A stretch of DNA of 64,000 nucleotides, taken from the IMG/VR virus record IMGVR_UViG_3300036857_000120. One strand, given 5' to 3'. This DNA is from an uncultured virus (IMG/VR IMGVR_UViG_3300036857_000120). Its lineage: Duplodnaviria; Heunggongvirae; Uroviricota; Caudoviricetes. This document shows positions 20,147-29,362 of the stretch, one piece after another. How positions within the stretch are numbered: the stretch's first letter is position 1; the number at the start of each line of letters is the position of its first letter. Position numbers and translations under genes: made by a program. The notes beneath the pieces were generated by a model. That model had not been told where the DNA came from and ran no database searches. It saw nothing but the letters and a program-made list of their open reading frames with translations.

Positions 20147-20508
20147 GCGTTGGGGTCCTCCCGATCCCGGAATTTATCGAAGCCCGGGGCGGCGCTGTGG
20201 GTCCGGACGAATTGAAGGACGCTCTCCTCCGGGATCGTCCAGCCAGCGCGGCGCGGGAGCGGCGCGATCCATGCCCACTTGAACGGTTGATGAAGGCGGA
20301 CCGCGAGGTCGTCGTCGCCGGTCGCGTCGGCGAGGATCGCGAGCGCCAATTGTCCGGGTCCCGATCCGCCATATCCCCACTCCAGACCGGTCGGGGATTT
20401 GTTCATGAGATCGAGCCTCCAGGGGAGCGGGCGGGAGACCGTCCCGTCCGAGACCCGGACGTCGGTCCCGCCGTCTCCCCGGCGCGTGCCGATATAGGTC
20501 TTCGCCAT
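20143..20508 (-). CDS. DUF6166-like protein
   Basis: SPTG.EWGYGGSGP.QLALAILAD motif; GGAGG RBS. Confidence 0.75.
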   Translation of the reverse strand: MAKTYIGTRRGDGGTDVRVSDGTVSRPLPWRLDLMNKSPTGLEWGYGGSGPGQLALAILADATGDDDLAVRLHQPFKWAWIAPLPRRAGWTIPEESVLQFVRTHSAAPGFDKFRDREDPNA

Positions 20509-20576
20509 TAGAGCCTCCAGGACGGCGCGGCCGGATGCGGCCGGTAGGGACATGAGGGGGTGACCAGGAAAACGGT

Positions 20577-20981
20577 CTAGGCGGCGCGCGGCGGCTCCGG
20601 CGGAGGCTCCCAATAGTAGGCATCGGGATAGCAGAGCATGCGCTCCGCGAGGGCGATGGCGGTCGAGAGCCCGCTCACGTCCTGGGCCATGGAGAAGCGG
20701 TCGCCGTCGGCGGAGTAAACCCCGACAGCCCATATCTCCGCCTCCGGATTCTCGACCTCGTCGCCGAGGGTCTCATTGCCATGGCAGATCCAGACATAGG
20801 CGGTCGCGGCGGTCCGCTCCCATGCGAGGCAACCGCCGCCAGTGTGCGCGATGGTGAAACCGGCGGCGACCAGGACCTTCCCCGCGGGCGAGGTCCGCCC
20901 CGCCTCTTGCATCTTGTCCCACCATTTCCAGAAACGGCGGTCGAGACCCGCGAGCCGCTTCTCCGTCGCGTCGTCGGTCAT
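20577..20981 (-). CDS. Hypothetical protein
   Basis: HTGGGC.AW motif; GGAGGAG RBS. Confidence 0.6.
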   Translation of the reverse strand: MTDDATEKRLAGLDRRFWKWWDKMQEAGRTSPAGKVLVAAGFTIAHTGGGCLAWERTAATAYVWICHGNETLGDEVENPEAEIWAVGVYSADGDRFSMAQDVSGLSTAIALAERMLCYPDAYYWEPPPEPPRAA

Positions 20982-21349
20982 CGAGCTCCTCCCGCGATCA
21001 ACGTCTCGGCGATGCGCTGGAGCGCCTGTTGCTGGCGCGGCGTCATGGACTTGATCGTCATGACGAGCTTGCGGAGCGCGAGCGTATCGATGATGGGAGC
21101 GGGCTCGTCGCCTCTGGCGCTCTGGCCGAATAGCGTCATGACGGTCGTGCCGAGATGATCGGCGATCTCCTGGAGGCGGGACGCGCCGACGCGGTTCATG
21201 CCCTTCTCGTATTTCTGGATTTGCTGGAACGTGATCCCGCACGCCTCGCCCAATTTGCCTTGGCTCCAGCCCTTCACGAGCCGCGCTTGACGGATGCGCG
21301 CGCCGACCTCGACGTCGACGGCTTGCGGTCCTTTGATGCGGCGCTTCAT
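20978..21349 (-). CDS. XRE-family HTH transcriptional regulator
   Basis: VGARIR..R...G.SQ..LG...GITFQQIQKYEKG.NRV.ASRL. Confidence 0.9.
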   Translation of the reverse strand: MKRRIKGPQAVDVEVGARIRQARLVKGWSQGKLGEACGITFQQIQKYEKGMNRVGASRLQEIADHLGTTVMTLFGQSARGDEPAPIIDTLALRKLVMTIKSMTPRQQQALQRIAETLIAGGAR

Positions 21350-21771
21350 CGCTTGATCTCCGATCCGGTAAAGCGCCCGCGCCCGTCATAGAACGAGCGG
21401 GTCCGACCGTAGTCGAGCATCGTCCCGGAGAAGCGCCCGCTCCCGTCATAGAACGAGGTCGAGCGGCCATGCGTCACGGCGGAGCCGATGAAATTCCCGT
21501 TCGCTCCATAGAAAGACCGGTTGCGCGGCTCCGCGGCCTTCGCCGGAGCGGCGAGCGCATGCATGAGCCAAAGCAGGAAGGCGAGGATCAGCATGCCGCG
21601 GATCGAGCGCCAAGCGATCTCGGCTTGCAGCTCACGGCGGCGCGCGCGGATTGCGTCGATCTCCTCTTGCGCGACGGCCAAGCGGGCCTCGAGCTCGACG
21701 CGCGCGACGCGCTCCGCCAGCGTGTCGAGCCGATCATTGTCGACGCGCTTGAATGGGATGACGTTTCTCAT
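21346..21771 (-). CDS. Membrane protein with three SFY..xG.F.G repeats
   Basis: AAGGAG RBS; coiled coil, TM helix, C-terminal repeats. Confidence 0.6.
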   Translation of the reverse strand: MRNVIPFKRVDNDRLDTLAERVARVELEARLAVAQEEIDAIRARRRELQAEIAWRSIRGMLILAFLLWLMHALAAPAKAAEPRNRSFYGANGNFIGSAVTHGRSTSFYDGSGRFSGTMLDYGRTRSFYDGRGRFTGSEIKR

Positions 21772-21844
21772 GGTCGTTCTCCTTTTCTCGCCGCTCCAAC
21801 GGCGTCGGGCTTGTTCGGGAGTGGTCCAGCCCTGCCACCACATT

Positions 21845-22132
21845 TCAAAGGTCTCGATCCGGGTCCAGATGAGCGGCGCGCGTGAAAGCGTCGTCGTCGA
21901 GTCCGCTCATGAGTTTCTCGCGGTCGCTGGCGGAGAGGTCCGGGAGTATCCGGTCGATCATGACCCCGCCCTCGCGCCAGCGGCGATAGCGGCGATATTG
22001 ATCCGCGGTCAATTTGGTCTCGACCTCCGCGGGCTCGGTCGGAGCCCAAACGAAGACCGAGACGGTCCCGTCGGGATGCTCGACCTCGCGGCGCTTCGGA
22101 GCCCATGGCGTCATATCAATCGGTTTCGGCAT
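21845..22132 (-). CDS. Hypothetical protein
   Basis: GAGGAGG RBS; I..ILPDLSA.DRE.LMSG motif. Confidence 0.55.
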   Translation of the reverse strand: MPKPIDMTPWAPKRREVEHPDGTVSVFVWAPTEPAEVETKLTADQYRRYRRWREGGVMIDRILPDLSASDREKLMSGLDDDAFTRAAHLDPDRDL

Positions 22133-22301
22133 AGAGCGCCTCCTCCTCGATAAGCTCGGCGCGGCGACGGAGCGCGCCGGTCTTCGTGCGATGGAACGAG
22201 ATGAACCGGCCGCGCCAGTCGCGCAGATCATAGACCTTGCCGCGCGGCGTGATCGGCCAGCGCGAGAGATGGCGGGCGTCGTCGGCGAGCGCGGTCATCA
22301 A
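22116..22301 (-). CDS. Hypothetical protein
   Basis: Overlapping chain. Confidence 0.45.
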   Translation of the reverse strand: MMTALADDARHLSRWPITPRGKVYDLRDWRGRFISFHRTKTGALRRRAELIEEEALYAETD

Positions 22302-22396
22302 TATCGGTCCATCGGCCAGATCGCGACAAAGAACGCGAGGACGATCAGCACGCTAAGGAGCGCGAGCACGGGCAGATCGGTTGCGGGGTCGATCAT
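22298..22396 (-). CDS. Small TM peptide
   Basis: 32 aa hydrophobic ORF, ATGA coupled. Confidence 0.4.
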   Translation of the reverse strand: MIDPATDLPVLALLSVLIVLAFFVAIWPMDRY

Positions 22397-22602
22397 TGGT
22401 ATCTCGCGGCGACGTAGGAAATATTCGGGGACAAGGTCCGGGCGTTGTAATGCTCCGCCATGATGCGCGCCTTCTCATGCGTGTCGAACATGAGGAGGCC
22501 GGTCGGGGAGGTCCCGTCCTTGCACCATGCGGTCGCCGCGCCGCAGACCGAGGAGCTCGAGCGGCGCGCGAGGATTCCCCATTGCTCCGGAGTGTCGTTC
22601 AT
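22393..22602 (-). CDS. Hypothetical protein
   Basis: AAGGA RBS after promoter. Confidence 0.6.
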   Translation of the reverse strand: MNDTPEQWGILARRSSSSVCGAATAWCKDGTSPTGLLMFDTHEKARIMAEHYNARTLSPNISYVAARYQ

Positions 22603-22640
22603 TGGCGTAATCCTTTCGGGCGCTCCAACGCCCGACGCAA

Positions 22641-22669
22641 TATATACGGTCCGATGGACCTACACGCAA
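22641..22669 (-). promoter_or_regulatory. Sigma70-like promoter
   Basis: TTGCGT-17-TATATA with GGTCCatcGGACC palindrome in the spacer. Confidence 0.6.
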
Positions 22670-22673
22670 GAGC

Positions 22674-23537
22674 TTAAATTAACGGGTCCGGATCCTCGCC
22701 CTCGTGATGGATCAGGGCGGGCCGCATCCAATGCCGTTGAAAGGCGCGCCATGCCGGGGCCGGGGCGTGGCGTTCCTGGGATGGGGTCTCCGGTCGCCAT
22801 AGCATCGCGAACGGGGTGAAGCCGATGGAGACCATCTGGCGCAAGCGATGCTCGGCGAGATCAAACGTGTCCTTCGGATATCCGATCAGGACATAGGCGC
22901 GCATGCGGTGCGAGCGGCGCGTGAAACCGGCCTGGAGGAGGCGGCGGGCGGCGCTCTCCAGGGTCTCGAATGCGTCGCCCGGATCATAGGCAAAGAACAT
23001 ATTCGGCCGGGGCGTGAGGCTCGCGAGGAGGTCGACCTGATAGTCCTCCAGGGACAGAGCTTCGAGTCCGCCACTGAATTCGATGCGGCGCTTCTGGCGG
23101 CGCAGCATGGCAAAGACCGCCTCGACGTGATCGCGCGGACAGGCGAGGAGATTGTCGTCGAGGATGTTCCAGCCGTCATAGATCGGGAGGACGTTCGCGG
23201 TCGGCCATTTCTTCCAGACGCCGCAGAACCAGCAACGGCGCGGGCAACCGCGCGAGGTAATGGTATATCCAGGCTTGACGTAACGGCCGGGGATGAAGGT
23301 CAAGCTATCGTCGCCATAGGCAACCCCGCCGATCTGGACGGGCGCGACGTGTCGCCATTGCTCGGCGAGCTCCTCCGCGGCGGGCTTGTCATAGGTGAAG
23401 GTCACGGAGACGTGGACCTCGTCGGCCTCGTCGAAAAATCCGGGCGGTCCGAAGCGCGCGAGATCGTCGTCCGGGGTCGCCTTCGTTCGCCGCGGGAAGA
23501 CGCGGATCAATCGTCGGCGATCTCGCTCGTCACCCAT
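22674..23537 (-). CDS. Radical SAM protein
   Basis: SRGCPRRCWFC motif, DDN motif; start uncertain. Confidence 0.8.
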   Translation of the reverse strand: MGDERDRRRLIRVFPRRTKATPDDDLARFGPPGFFDEADEVHVSVTFTYDKPAAEELAEQWRHVAPVQIGGVAYGDDSLTFIPGRYVKPGYTITSRGCPRRCWFCGVWKKWPTANVLPIYDGWNILDDNLLACPRDHVEAVFAMLRRQKRRIEFSGGLEALSLEDYQVDLLASLTPRPNMFFAYDPGDAFETLESAARRLLQAGFTRRSHRMRAYVLIGYPKDTFDLAEHRLRQMVSIGFTPFAMLWRPETPSQERHAPAPAWRAFQRHWMRPALIHHEGEDPDPLI

Positions 23538-23719
23538 TGCTCGACGCATCCGTCGCAAAAGGAAATCCCGGAGCCATCCTCGCGCCAGAGCATGAGCGGG
23601 ACCTCCGGGAGCGGGCCGTGACAATAACAGCAAAGGGGCCGCGGCGGGCTATCCGGGCGGCCCCATGCGACCTTGCGCCAATCGAAGCCAGCGCGGAAGG
23701 CGAGACGCGCGCCGCTCAT
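23507..23719 (-). CDS. Small zinc-finger protein
   Basis: CxxC...CxxC. Confidence 0.55.
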   Translation of the reverse strand: MSGARLAFRAGFDWRKVAWGRPDSPPRPLCCYCHGPLPEVPLMLWREDGSGISFCDGCVEQWVTSEIADD

Positions 23720-23973
23720 GCCGCGGCCGGAGCACGCTCGGCGTCCAGGCGGGCGACCAGCGTCTTATGCCGCGCTTTGATCTCGGCGAAATACTGGTCG
23801 AGCGTCTTCTCGCCGGTCATGATCTCCAGATGGATCGCAATGTCCTCCGGGATATCGCGGTCGCCAGCAATCCAGCGGCGGACCTGTCGATCCGGGATCT
23901 CGAATGCGCGGCCAAGCTGGCTTTGATTGACGTCCAGGACGTCAAGCGCCTTGCGGAGTTTGTCCTTGTTCAT
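23716..23973 (-). CDS. HTH DNA-binding protein
   Basis: L..L.VNQSQLGR.FEIPDRQVRRW.AG...IP. Confidence 0.7.
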   Translation of the reverse strand: MNKDKLRKALDVLDVNQSQLGRAFEIPDRQVRRWIAGDRDIPEDIAIHLEIMTGEKTLDQYFAEIKARHKTLVARLDAERAPAAA

Positions 23974-24634
23974 GGGTCGTCGTCTCGTCATGGCTCTCGG
24001 CCTTCGGTTTGCCGTCCGCAACATAGGACCGCGGGTCCCAATCGGCAAGAGGGTTAATGCCGTTGTCCCATTGCTGGCGGGCCGCGCTCACGGCTTCGTG
24101 TTTCTCGGAGCCGGTATGCTCGCGCTCCGCGATGTTGCTTTGCCAGTAATGCCATTGTCCATCCGGGGATAGCGTCGGCGGAAAGACCGTGATCCCGGCG
24201 CTCGATCCGTAGCGGATCAACGTCCCTTTGCCCTCCGCTCCGCGGCGCTCGATATAGGCGAGGAGCGCGGGGTCCCGCCATGCTTGGGGATAGTCGGGAT
24301 CGCACCATATCTGAACGACCTCGACGTCCATCCGCTTGCCGGTTTCGTTATCGCGGGCCGTAACAAAATCCGGGACCAGGTCGATCACGTAATGCGAGCG
24401 ATCCGGACGGCGGAGCTCGGCGGTATCGTCCCCGACAAGCCAGCGGCAATTCCAGACGCGACACGAGAACGGGCGGCGGTCATAGACCGCGCATCCCTTG
24501 CCGGATCTTTGATGCGGGCAATTGTGGTTCGCGGGCTTTTTCAAATTTGGGACGTCGATCCCGGCGATCTTCACGCCGTCGGCGATGGGGAGCAACTTGC
24601 AACAGAGCACGCAACCGGAGCATGAGCGGGTCAT
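23942..24634 (-). CDS. YkgJ-like CxxCxxCC Zn/Fe-chelating protein
   Basis: CSGCVLCC ... C.VY..RP..CR...C. Confidence 0.7.
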   Translation of the reverse strand: MTRSCSGCVLCCKLLPIADGVKIAGIDVPNLKKPANHNCPHQRSGKGCAVYDRRPFSCRVWNCRWLVGDDTAELRRPDRSHYVIDLVPDFVTARDNETGKRMDVEVVQIWCDPDYPQAWRDPALLAYIERRGAEGKGTLIRYGSSAGITVFPPTLSPDGQWHYWQSNIAEREHTGSEKHEAVSAARQQWDNGINPLADWDPRSYVADGKPKAESHDETTTHEQGQTPQGA

Positions 24635-25062
24635 CGGAGTCGTTCCTTCGATCTATCGGGGAGCGTGATGACGGCGGTCGCGGTCGTGGGCATGGTCATG
24701 GTCGAGCATTGTTTGCAGAGCGCGAGCGGGATTCCATGGCGGCATGCGCCGCCGTGCTTCTTCATGACCGCGGCGCGCGCCCTCTGGATTGCGAGGAGCG
24801 AGGGATCGCCAGCGATGCAGACGATCTCCTCGTCGTTCGGATCACGCATTCGCGAGTCCTCGCCGAAGATCGCGAGATGACCGCAGCGAATGCAGATCGA
24901 GAAATCCCCGGGCCGCGGCTTTGCGTCGTCGCGCATCTCGAAACGGCGCTCGCCATTCGGCCAGCGTCCGATCTCGCGCACGACGTCGGCAGCGTCGAGC
25001 ACGGTCCCGCAATGCAGGCAACGGCTTTTTCTCGTTCGCATGTCGACGTTCATTCCCATCAA
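24631..25062 (-). CDS. Cys-rich hypothetical protein
   Basis: Several CxxC pairs; start uncertain. Confidence 0.55.
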   Translation of the reverse strand: MMGMNVDMRTRKSRCLHCGTVLDAADVVREIGRWPNGERRFEMRDDAKPRPGDFSICIRCGHLAIFGEDSRMRDPNDEEIVCIAGDPSLLAIQRARAAVMKKHGGACRHGIPLALCKQCSTMTMPTTATAVITLPDRSKERLR

Positions 25063-25097
25063 AAAAAGACGGCACCCGACCCGGAGGTCGGATGCCG
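25061..25097 (-). terminator. Rho-independent terminator
   Basis: Minus strand CGGCATCCGACC-TCCG-GGTCGGGTGCCG then TCTTTTTTT. Confidence 0.8.
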
Positions 25098-25101
25098 CAG
25101 A

Positions 25102-25130
25102 AGGTTAAGGACCAACGGGTCCTAGGTCAA
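25102..25130 (-). promoter_or_regulatory. Sigma70-like promoter
   Basis: TTGACC-17-TAACCT. Confidence 0.6.
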
Positions 25131-25136
25131 TGAGAC

Positions 25137-26084
25137 CTACTGGCGGACGCTCAACGGCGTATTCTTTTTGACCTCCCATTTCACCGACTGGATCTGGCGT
25201 CCATCGCGGGCCGCGTTCCAAGCGAACACGCAACCCTGATAGTAATTCCGCGCGCCAAACCCGTCTGGCTTTTCGAGCGTGCCCTCTTTGAGATCGAGGA
25301 GCCACTTGCCGAGGACGATCTCCGGCGAGGAGTCGTCCTCCGAATCGGCCGCGCCGCGAGCCTTCTCCCAAAATGTGCGGGCCTCCGTTTCGTTCGCCTG
25401 GAACGTGGCGAATTGCGCGGCGGCGACTTGCTGGATGCGATATTCCCGCGACTTGGAGGGATGCTCGTGGAAGGCGTGGACCCACTTGATATATTCGTGC
25501 AAGCCGGAATCGCCGAACAGCGAATAGGCGGCATTGCCGACGGGGATCCCCTGGATGCGCTCGATCTGGCGTTGATACCAGATATAGCCATCCAGCGCGA
25601 GCTTGGCGTCGGCGCGGGCGATATCGACAAGCTCGTCGTGCGCGCATTGATACACGCCCGAAATGTCGACGTCCTTCCGCGCCGATTTCTGCGGATCGAA
25701 TTGCTGGAACAGAAGCGCGAACTCGTCGCGATTCTTGACCTTGTAATGCTCCAGCGTGAAGCGCAGACCCGTCGGCAATTGATCGCCGAGACCGTCGAGC
25801 ATCAATCCCGAATGCTGGCCGTTGAGACGGATCGTCTCACCGGTCTCCTCGATCTCGGCGGTCGCCCACCGGAACGGGATCAGGACTCCGCCTATCGCCT
25901 TGTCCAGGAGAAACTTGAGTCGTCCCTCCTCCGGGATTCTCTCCATCGGCGACTTGGGGATCGCGAGAAACTTGTCGAGCTCCTCGCGGGTCAGATCCTT
26001 GGACTCGTGTGTCACCGGCACGAACCGCGGCTGTGAGAGCAATATCGTCTGCGCTTGCAGATTGCTCTTTACCTTTTGCAACAT
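25137..26084 (-). CDS. ParB-like (xGQH motif) hypothetical protein
   Basis: IRLNGQHS motif, FD...SAR; AAGGA RBS. Confidence 0.55.
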   Translation of the reverse strand: MLQKVKSNLQAQTILLSQPRFVPVTHESKDLTREELDKFLAIPKSPMERIPEEGRLKFLLDKAIGGVLIPFRWATAEIEETGETIRLNGQHSGLMLDGLGDQLPTGLRFTLEHYKVKNRDEFALLFQQFDPQKSARKDVDISGVYQCAHDELVDIARADAKLALDGYIWYQRQIERIQGIPVGNAAYSLFGDSGLHEYIKWVHAFHEHPSKSREYRIQQVAAAQFATFQANETEARTFWEKARGAADSEDDSSPEIVLGKWLLDLKEGTLEKPDGFGARNYYQGCVFAWNAARDGRQIQSVKWEVKKNTPLSVRQ

Positions 26085-26607
26085 GACTAACGTCCTTCGA
26101 ACGGTGAGACCTAGAACCGCTGGACGCCCGTTCGGGAACGTCCAGCGGTCCCTCCGTCCATCCCGCCAGGACTTTTTCGAGGTCGTTTGCAAGAATCAGG
26201 ATCGCCGGTCCGGAGATCGTCGCCTGTGACTTGCGCCCTTGCTCTTTGAGTCGCTTGACGATGGGCGTGAGCTTGGCAGTCAACTCCGCGGAGTTGACCA
26301 ATCTGGCATTGCGTAAAATCTTGAATTCCTTGACGAGCCCGACCTTGCGCTTCTCGGTCACGGTCCCGCCGCGTCCGTCCTTGACCATGGTGGCGAGCGA
26401 ACGCTCGACCTCGTCCATCGGAGCCTCCAGATAGGCGGCGATCTCCGCGAGCGCGTACCATTTGCCGTCGCCGAATTGCGCGGCGATGCGCTTGGGATAT
26501 CCCTTTGCCGTGTTCGGATGCGGCCGAAAATCGCGCACGAAGTCCAGGCGCACGGTCGGATCGTTTTCCGCGGCGGGATCTGGCGTGCTATTGCGAGGAT
26601 CGGTCAT
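25837..26607 (-). CDS. Hypothetical protein, possible winged helix
   Basis: DGKWYALAEIAAYL; 3' end overlaps next gene. Confidence 0.5.
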   Translation of the reverse strand: MTDPRNSTPDPAAENDPTVRLDFVRDFRPHPNTAKGYPKRIAAQFGDGKWYALAEIAAYLEAPMDEVERSLATMVKDGRGGTVTEKRKVGLVKEFKILRNARLVNSAELTAKLTPIVKRLKEQGRKSQATISGPAILILANDLEKVLAGWTEGPLDVPERASSGSRSHRSKDVSHVAKGKEQSASADDIALTAAVRAGDTRVQGSDPRGARQVSRDPQVADGENPGGGTTQVSPGQGDRRSPDPVPVGDRRDRGDR

Positions 26608-26674
26608 CGGGGTCGAGGCGCATCGGTCCTGGTGGCAAGTCTCGGCCCGGACGTCGCGGTCCGGGTCGAGGCGC

Positions 26675-26703
26675 TATCTAACCCCGATCCCGGCGGCGGT
26701 CAA
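26675..26703 (-). promoter_or_regulatory. Sigma70-like promoter
   Basis: CTAGGACCGG-TTGACC-17-TAGATA. Confidence 0.5.
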
Positions 26704-26775
26704 CCGGTCCTAGGTCCGAAATGTTTTCGCGAGGTTAAGGGTCGACGCGGAACCGGACGCGCATTTTTGCCGCAA

Positions 26776-27387
26776 TCATCGCGAGGACCAGAGGTCCGGT
26801 TGTCTGGCGGCGTTGTCGAGCTTGGGGAGATTGACGCTGTAGCGCGTGACGCTGGTCCCGTCGAAACTATGCGCGCCCGCGGCGGCGCACAGATGGATCC
26901 GGCGCGCGCTATTGACCCGTCCGACATGGAGCCAGCAACCGGCGGCGGCGGCGAGCTCGCCCCATAGCGGGAGCGTGCGCTCCTTCCATTCCGACGTCCC
27001 GCCGATGAACATTCCGAGGTCCGCCCCGACGAGCGGGCGGACGTCCTCCGCGCTCATGCCGTCCTGGATGGGGAGGAGGAGCGGGGCGATCCCGGCGAGG
27101 CGGTCGCGCCAGCGGAGCGAGGTCTCCAGGGAGGCGAGCCCTCCGGCGACGATATCGGGGAGCGCGATCCAGTCCGCCTCCGGGCCGAGGCGCTCGATAG
27201 CGCCCATGAATTTGATCTCGTCGAACGGGCGGCCTTGCGTGTAGGCGGTCCATGCGCCGTTGTCGATTGCGTAGCGGAAGCCTTGCGGCCAGCGGACCTC
27301 CGTCGGCGGGATAATCAGTCGCCATCCCGCGCGACGGAGCTTGTCGAGGTTTTTGAGCGTCCCGGTCCGGGAAGCGTATGCGATCAT
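26776..27387 (-). CDS. TGT-like deazaguanine DNA transglycosylase candidate (DpdA-like)
   Basis: DNGAW, LPD, QDG, IGG, HVGRVN, SFDGT motifs in TGT-barrel order; adjacent to VUT and T-fold genes. Confidence 0.65.
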   Translation of the reverse strand: MIAYASRTGTLKNLDKLRRAGWRLIIPPTEVRWPQGFRYAIDNGAWTAYTQGRPFDEIKFMGAIERLGPEADWIALPDIVAGGLASLETSLRWRDRLAGIAPLLLPIQDGMSAEDVRPLVGADLGMFIGGTSEWKERTLPLWGELAAAAGCWLHVGRVNSARRIHLCAAAGAHSFDGTSVTRYSVNLPKLDNAARQPDLWSSR

Positions 27388-27896
27388 CGCTCGATCTTCC
27401 GGCGAAGGAGATGGATGACGGGCAGAGAAGCGATCACCATCCATACCTTGCCGACGATCTGTCCGACCAGGAAATCCAGGCTACCGAATGCGATCAACAG
27501 GAAGGCGGCGCTATCGATGATCGCGCCGACGATGCTCGACGCCGCGACCGCGAGCATGAAGCGGCGGCGGGCGAGCGGGGTATAGACGCCGAGATCGGCA
27601 AGCTCGGAGATCAGGAAGGCGGTCGCCGATGCGATGGCGATGGCGGGCGGAGCAATCCAGAACGAGAGCGCCGCGCCCGCGATGATGCATGCGACCGAGA
27701 CTTTCCAGCCATGGCGAAGCTGGACCAGGTCACGAAGGACGAGCGCCGCGCCGATCATGAGCACGCCCGACGGAGCCATGAGCCCGGGCAGAACGGGCAC
27801 GAGGCAAGGACCATGCGGGACGCATTCGGTCCCGACATGCGTCACGAGCCAATTCGCGGCGGGGATCGTCGCTATGTAGAGGAGGATGCCGAGCAT
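27384..27896 (-). CDS. VUT/YhhQ-family queuosine-precursor transporter
   Basis: ANW, G..LVLRD.VQ, AS..AF..SE..D..VY..L, DS..F...AFG, GQIVGK motifs. Confidence 0.85.
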   Translation of the reverse strand: MLGILLYIATIPAANWLVTHVGTECVPHGPCLVPVLPGLMAPSGVLMIGAALVLRDLVQLRHGWKVSVACIIAGAALSFWIAPPAIAIASATAFLISELADLGVYTPLARRRFMLAVAASSIVGAIIDSAAFLLIAFGSLDFLVGQIVGKVWMVIASLPVIHLLRRKIER

Positions 27897-28135
27897 GTCG
27901 TTTTGACTCCGGAGTGAATGCCGCGGGTCGTGATGGTGCATCCGGGGAGCTCGGCGGCGAGCGCGGACGTCAATTCCTCCTGGTAGAGCTTCGGTCCCAA
28001 TCGCTCGACGGCGGCGAGGATCTCCTCGACCTTGACGATCTCCTCCGCCGTCGTCTCGACAATGAGCTCATAGTGGTCGAGCCCGTTGTGGACCGGACAG
28101 CGGCGCGTGAAACTTAGCTCGTGAGTTGTCTTCAT
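27872..28135 (-). CDS. Small QueF/FolE-like T-fold protein
   Basis: RCPV..GLD.Y, YQEELT, G.HSGV; GAGGAGG RBS; ORF extends in frame to 28306. Confidence 0.6.
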   Translation of the reverse strand: MKTTHELSFTRRCPVHNGLDHYELIVETTAEEIVKVEEILAAVERLGPKLYQEELTSALAAELPGCTITTRGIHSGVKTTCSASSST

Positions 28136-28302
28136 CTTCGCCTCCTCCTCGTCGTCTTCGGAATATCCGGCGCGCATCCAGAGAAAGTCGGTCAGCGACA
28201 TGGATTCGTCCGGATTACTTTCGGCCTCGCTCGCGATCCAGTCCTTGACCCAGGACCACAAGCGAGCGGGGCCATGTTGCTTCTCCAGGAGCGGCCACGG
28301 TT

Positions 28303-28488
28303 TCATGCGCGGCTCGCTTTCAACTCCTCGATCTCGGCGCGCATCAATCGGATCTCGGTCAATAGCTCCTCCGCGATCTCGCGCGAGAGCACGATGGTCC
28401 CTAGCGGCTTGTTACTCTGCGGCAAGCGATATTCGAGATCGTCCTCGAGCTTTTGCACGGCGCGCGAGAGCTTGGGGGCCTTCGTCAT
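28303..28488 (-). CDS. Hypothetical protein
   Basis: ATGA-coupled chain. Confidence 0.5.
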   Translation of the reverse strand: MTKAPKLSRAVQKLEDDLEYRLPQSNKPLGTIVLSREIAEELLTEIRLMRAEIEELKASRA

Positions 28489-28700
28489 TTCTCCGCCTCC
28501 GGCGGCAATGATTGAGCGACCGCTGTCGGGATGAAATCTCCGAGAAACCAGTCGAGCAAGACTCTCCGCGCCTCGACCTCTGCGACCGCTCCGGTCGTCT
28601 CGCTCGTGACCGCGGCGACGCGGCGGCCGATCTCCTTGGCGAGGCCCTCGACCGTGCGCTGGAGGTTCTCGGCGACGGGCGGCGTCGAGGGAGTTATCAT
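28485..28700 (-). CDS. Hypothetical protein
   Basis: ATGA-coupled chain. Confidence 0.45.
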   Translation of the reverse strand: MITPSTPPVAENLQRTVEGLAKEIGRRVAAVTSETTGAVAEVEARRVLLDWFLGDFIPTAVAQSLPPEAEK

Positions 28701-29362
28701 GCGGGCACCAACGCGAGGCCGCGCTCGATCTGGAGGTTGAGCTCCTCCATCGCCTCCGGCCCGTCCTTCTCCGCCATGGCGCGGAGGATCGGGAGCCCGC
28801 CGTTGATCGAGGTCATGATCTCCTCGCGCGTGGCCTTGCGCCCGTGCGCGTACCATTCGAGCCCGACGTGATCGCCGACGCGGAATAGCACCCCGCCGGT
28901 AGCGCGGACGCGCGTATAGCTTTCCGTGATCCAGATAAGCGAGACCCCGGGATTACGGTCAATGACAATTCCCGCGGGTTGCTCGTGTCCCTCCGGGAGG
29001 TCGTGCTCGTTCCTGGGCCGTCGCGGTTGCGTGAGAAACGGGCACGCCTTGACGGCGAAGCGCGCGCAGTCGAGATGGGACGGCGGCTCGCTGTTGATCC
29101 GGTTCACCGCGCACATGGGGCCAAGGACGAAGGCGAGAAATTTTCCGAGAGGCTCGCCGCAAAGCCAGCATCGTCGGCGCTCGACGGCGACCTTCATCCA
29201 TCGATGATCGACGACGCGGAAATCCGGTTTCCCGTCGACCCATGCGACGAATTTCGGGACGGGATATCCGCGCTCGTCGACGGGCAGGCGCAGAAAGCGC
29301 GCAGGCATATCGAGCCGGTTGATCGCGATATTGTAGGCGGTCATGGCGTGATCGGTAATCAT
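28697..29362 (-). CDS. Phage hypothetical protein
   Basis: RGYPVP.FV, CWLCG, EPP.H..CA.FA..ACPFL. Confidence 0.7.
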   Translation of the reverse strand: MITDHAMTAYNIAINRLDMPARFLRLPVDERGYPVPKFVAWVDGKPDFRVVDHRWMKVAVERRRCWLCGEPLGKFLAFVLGPMCAVNRINSEPPSHLDCARFAVKACPFLTQPRRPRNEHDLPEGHEQPAGIVIDRNPGVSLIWITESYTRVRATGGVLFRVGDHVGLEWYAHGRKATREEIMTSINGGLPILRAMAEKDGPEAMEELNLQIERGLALVPA

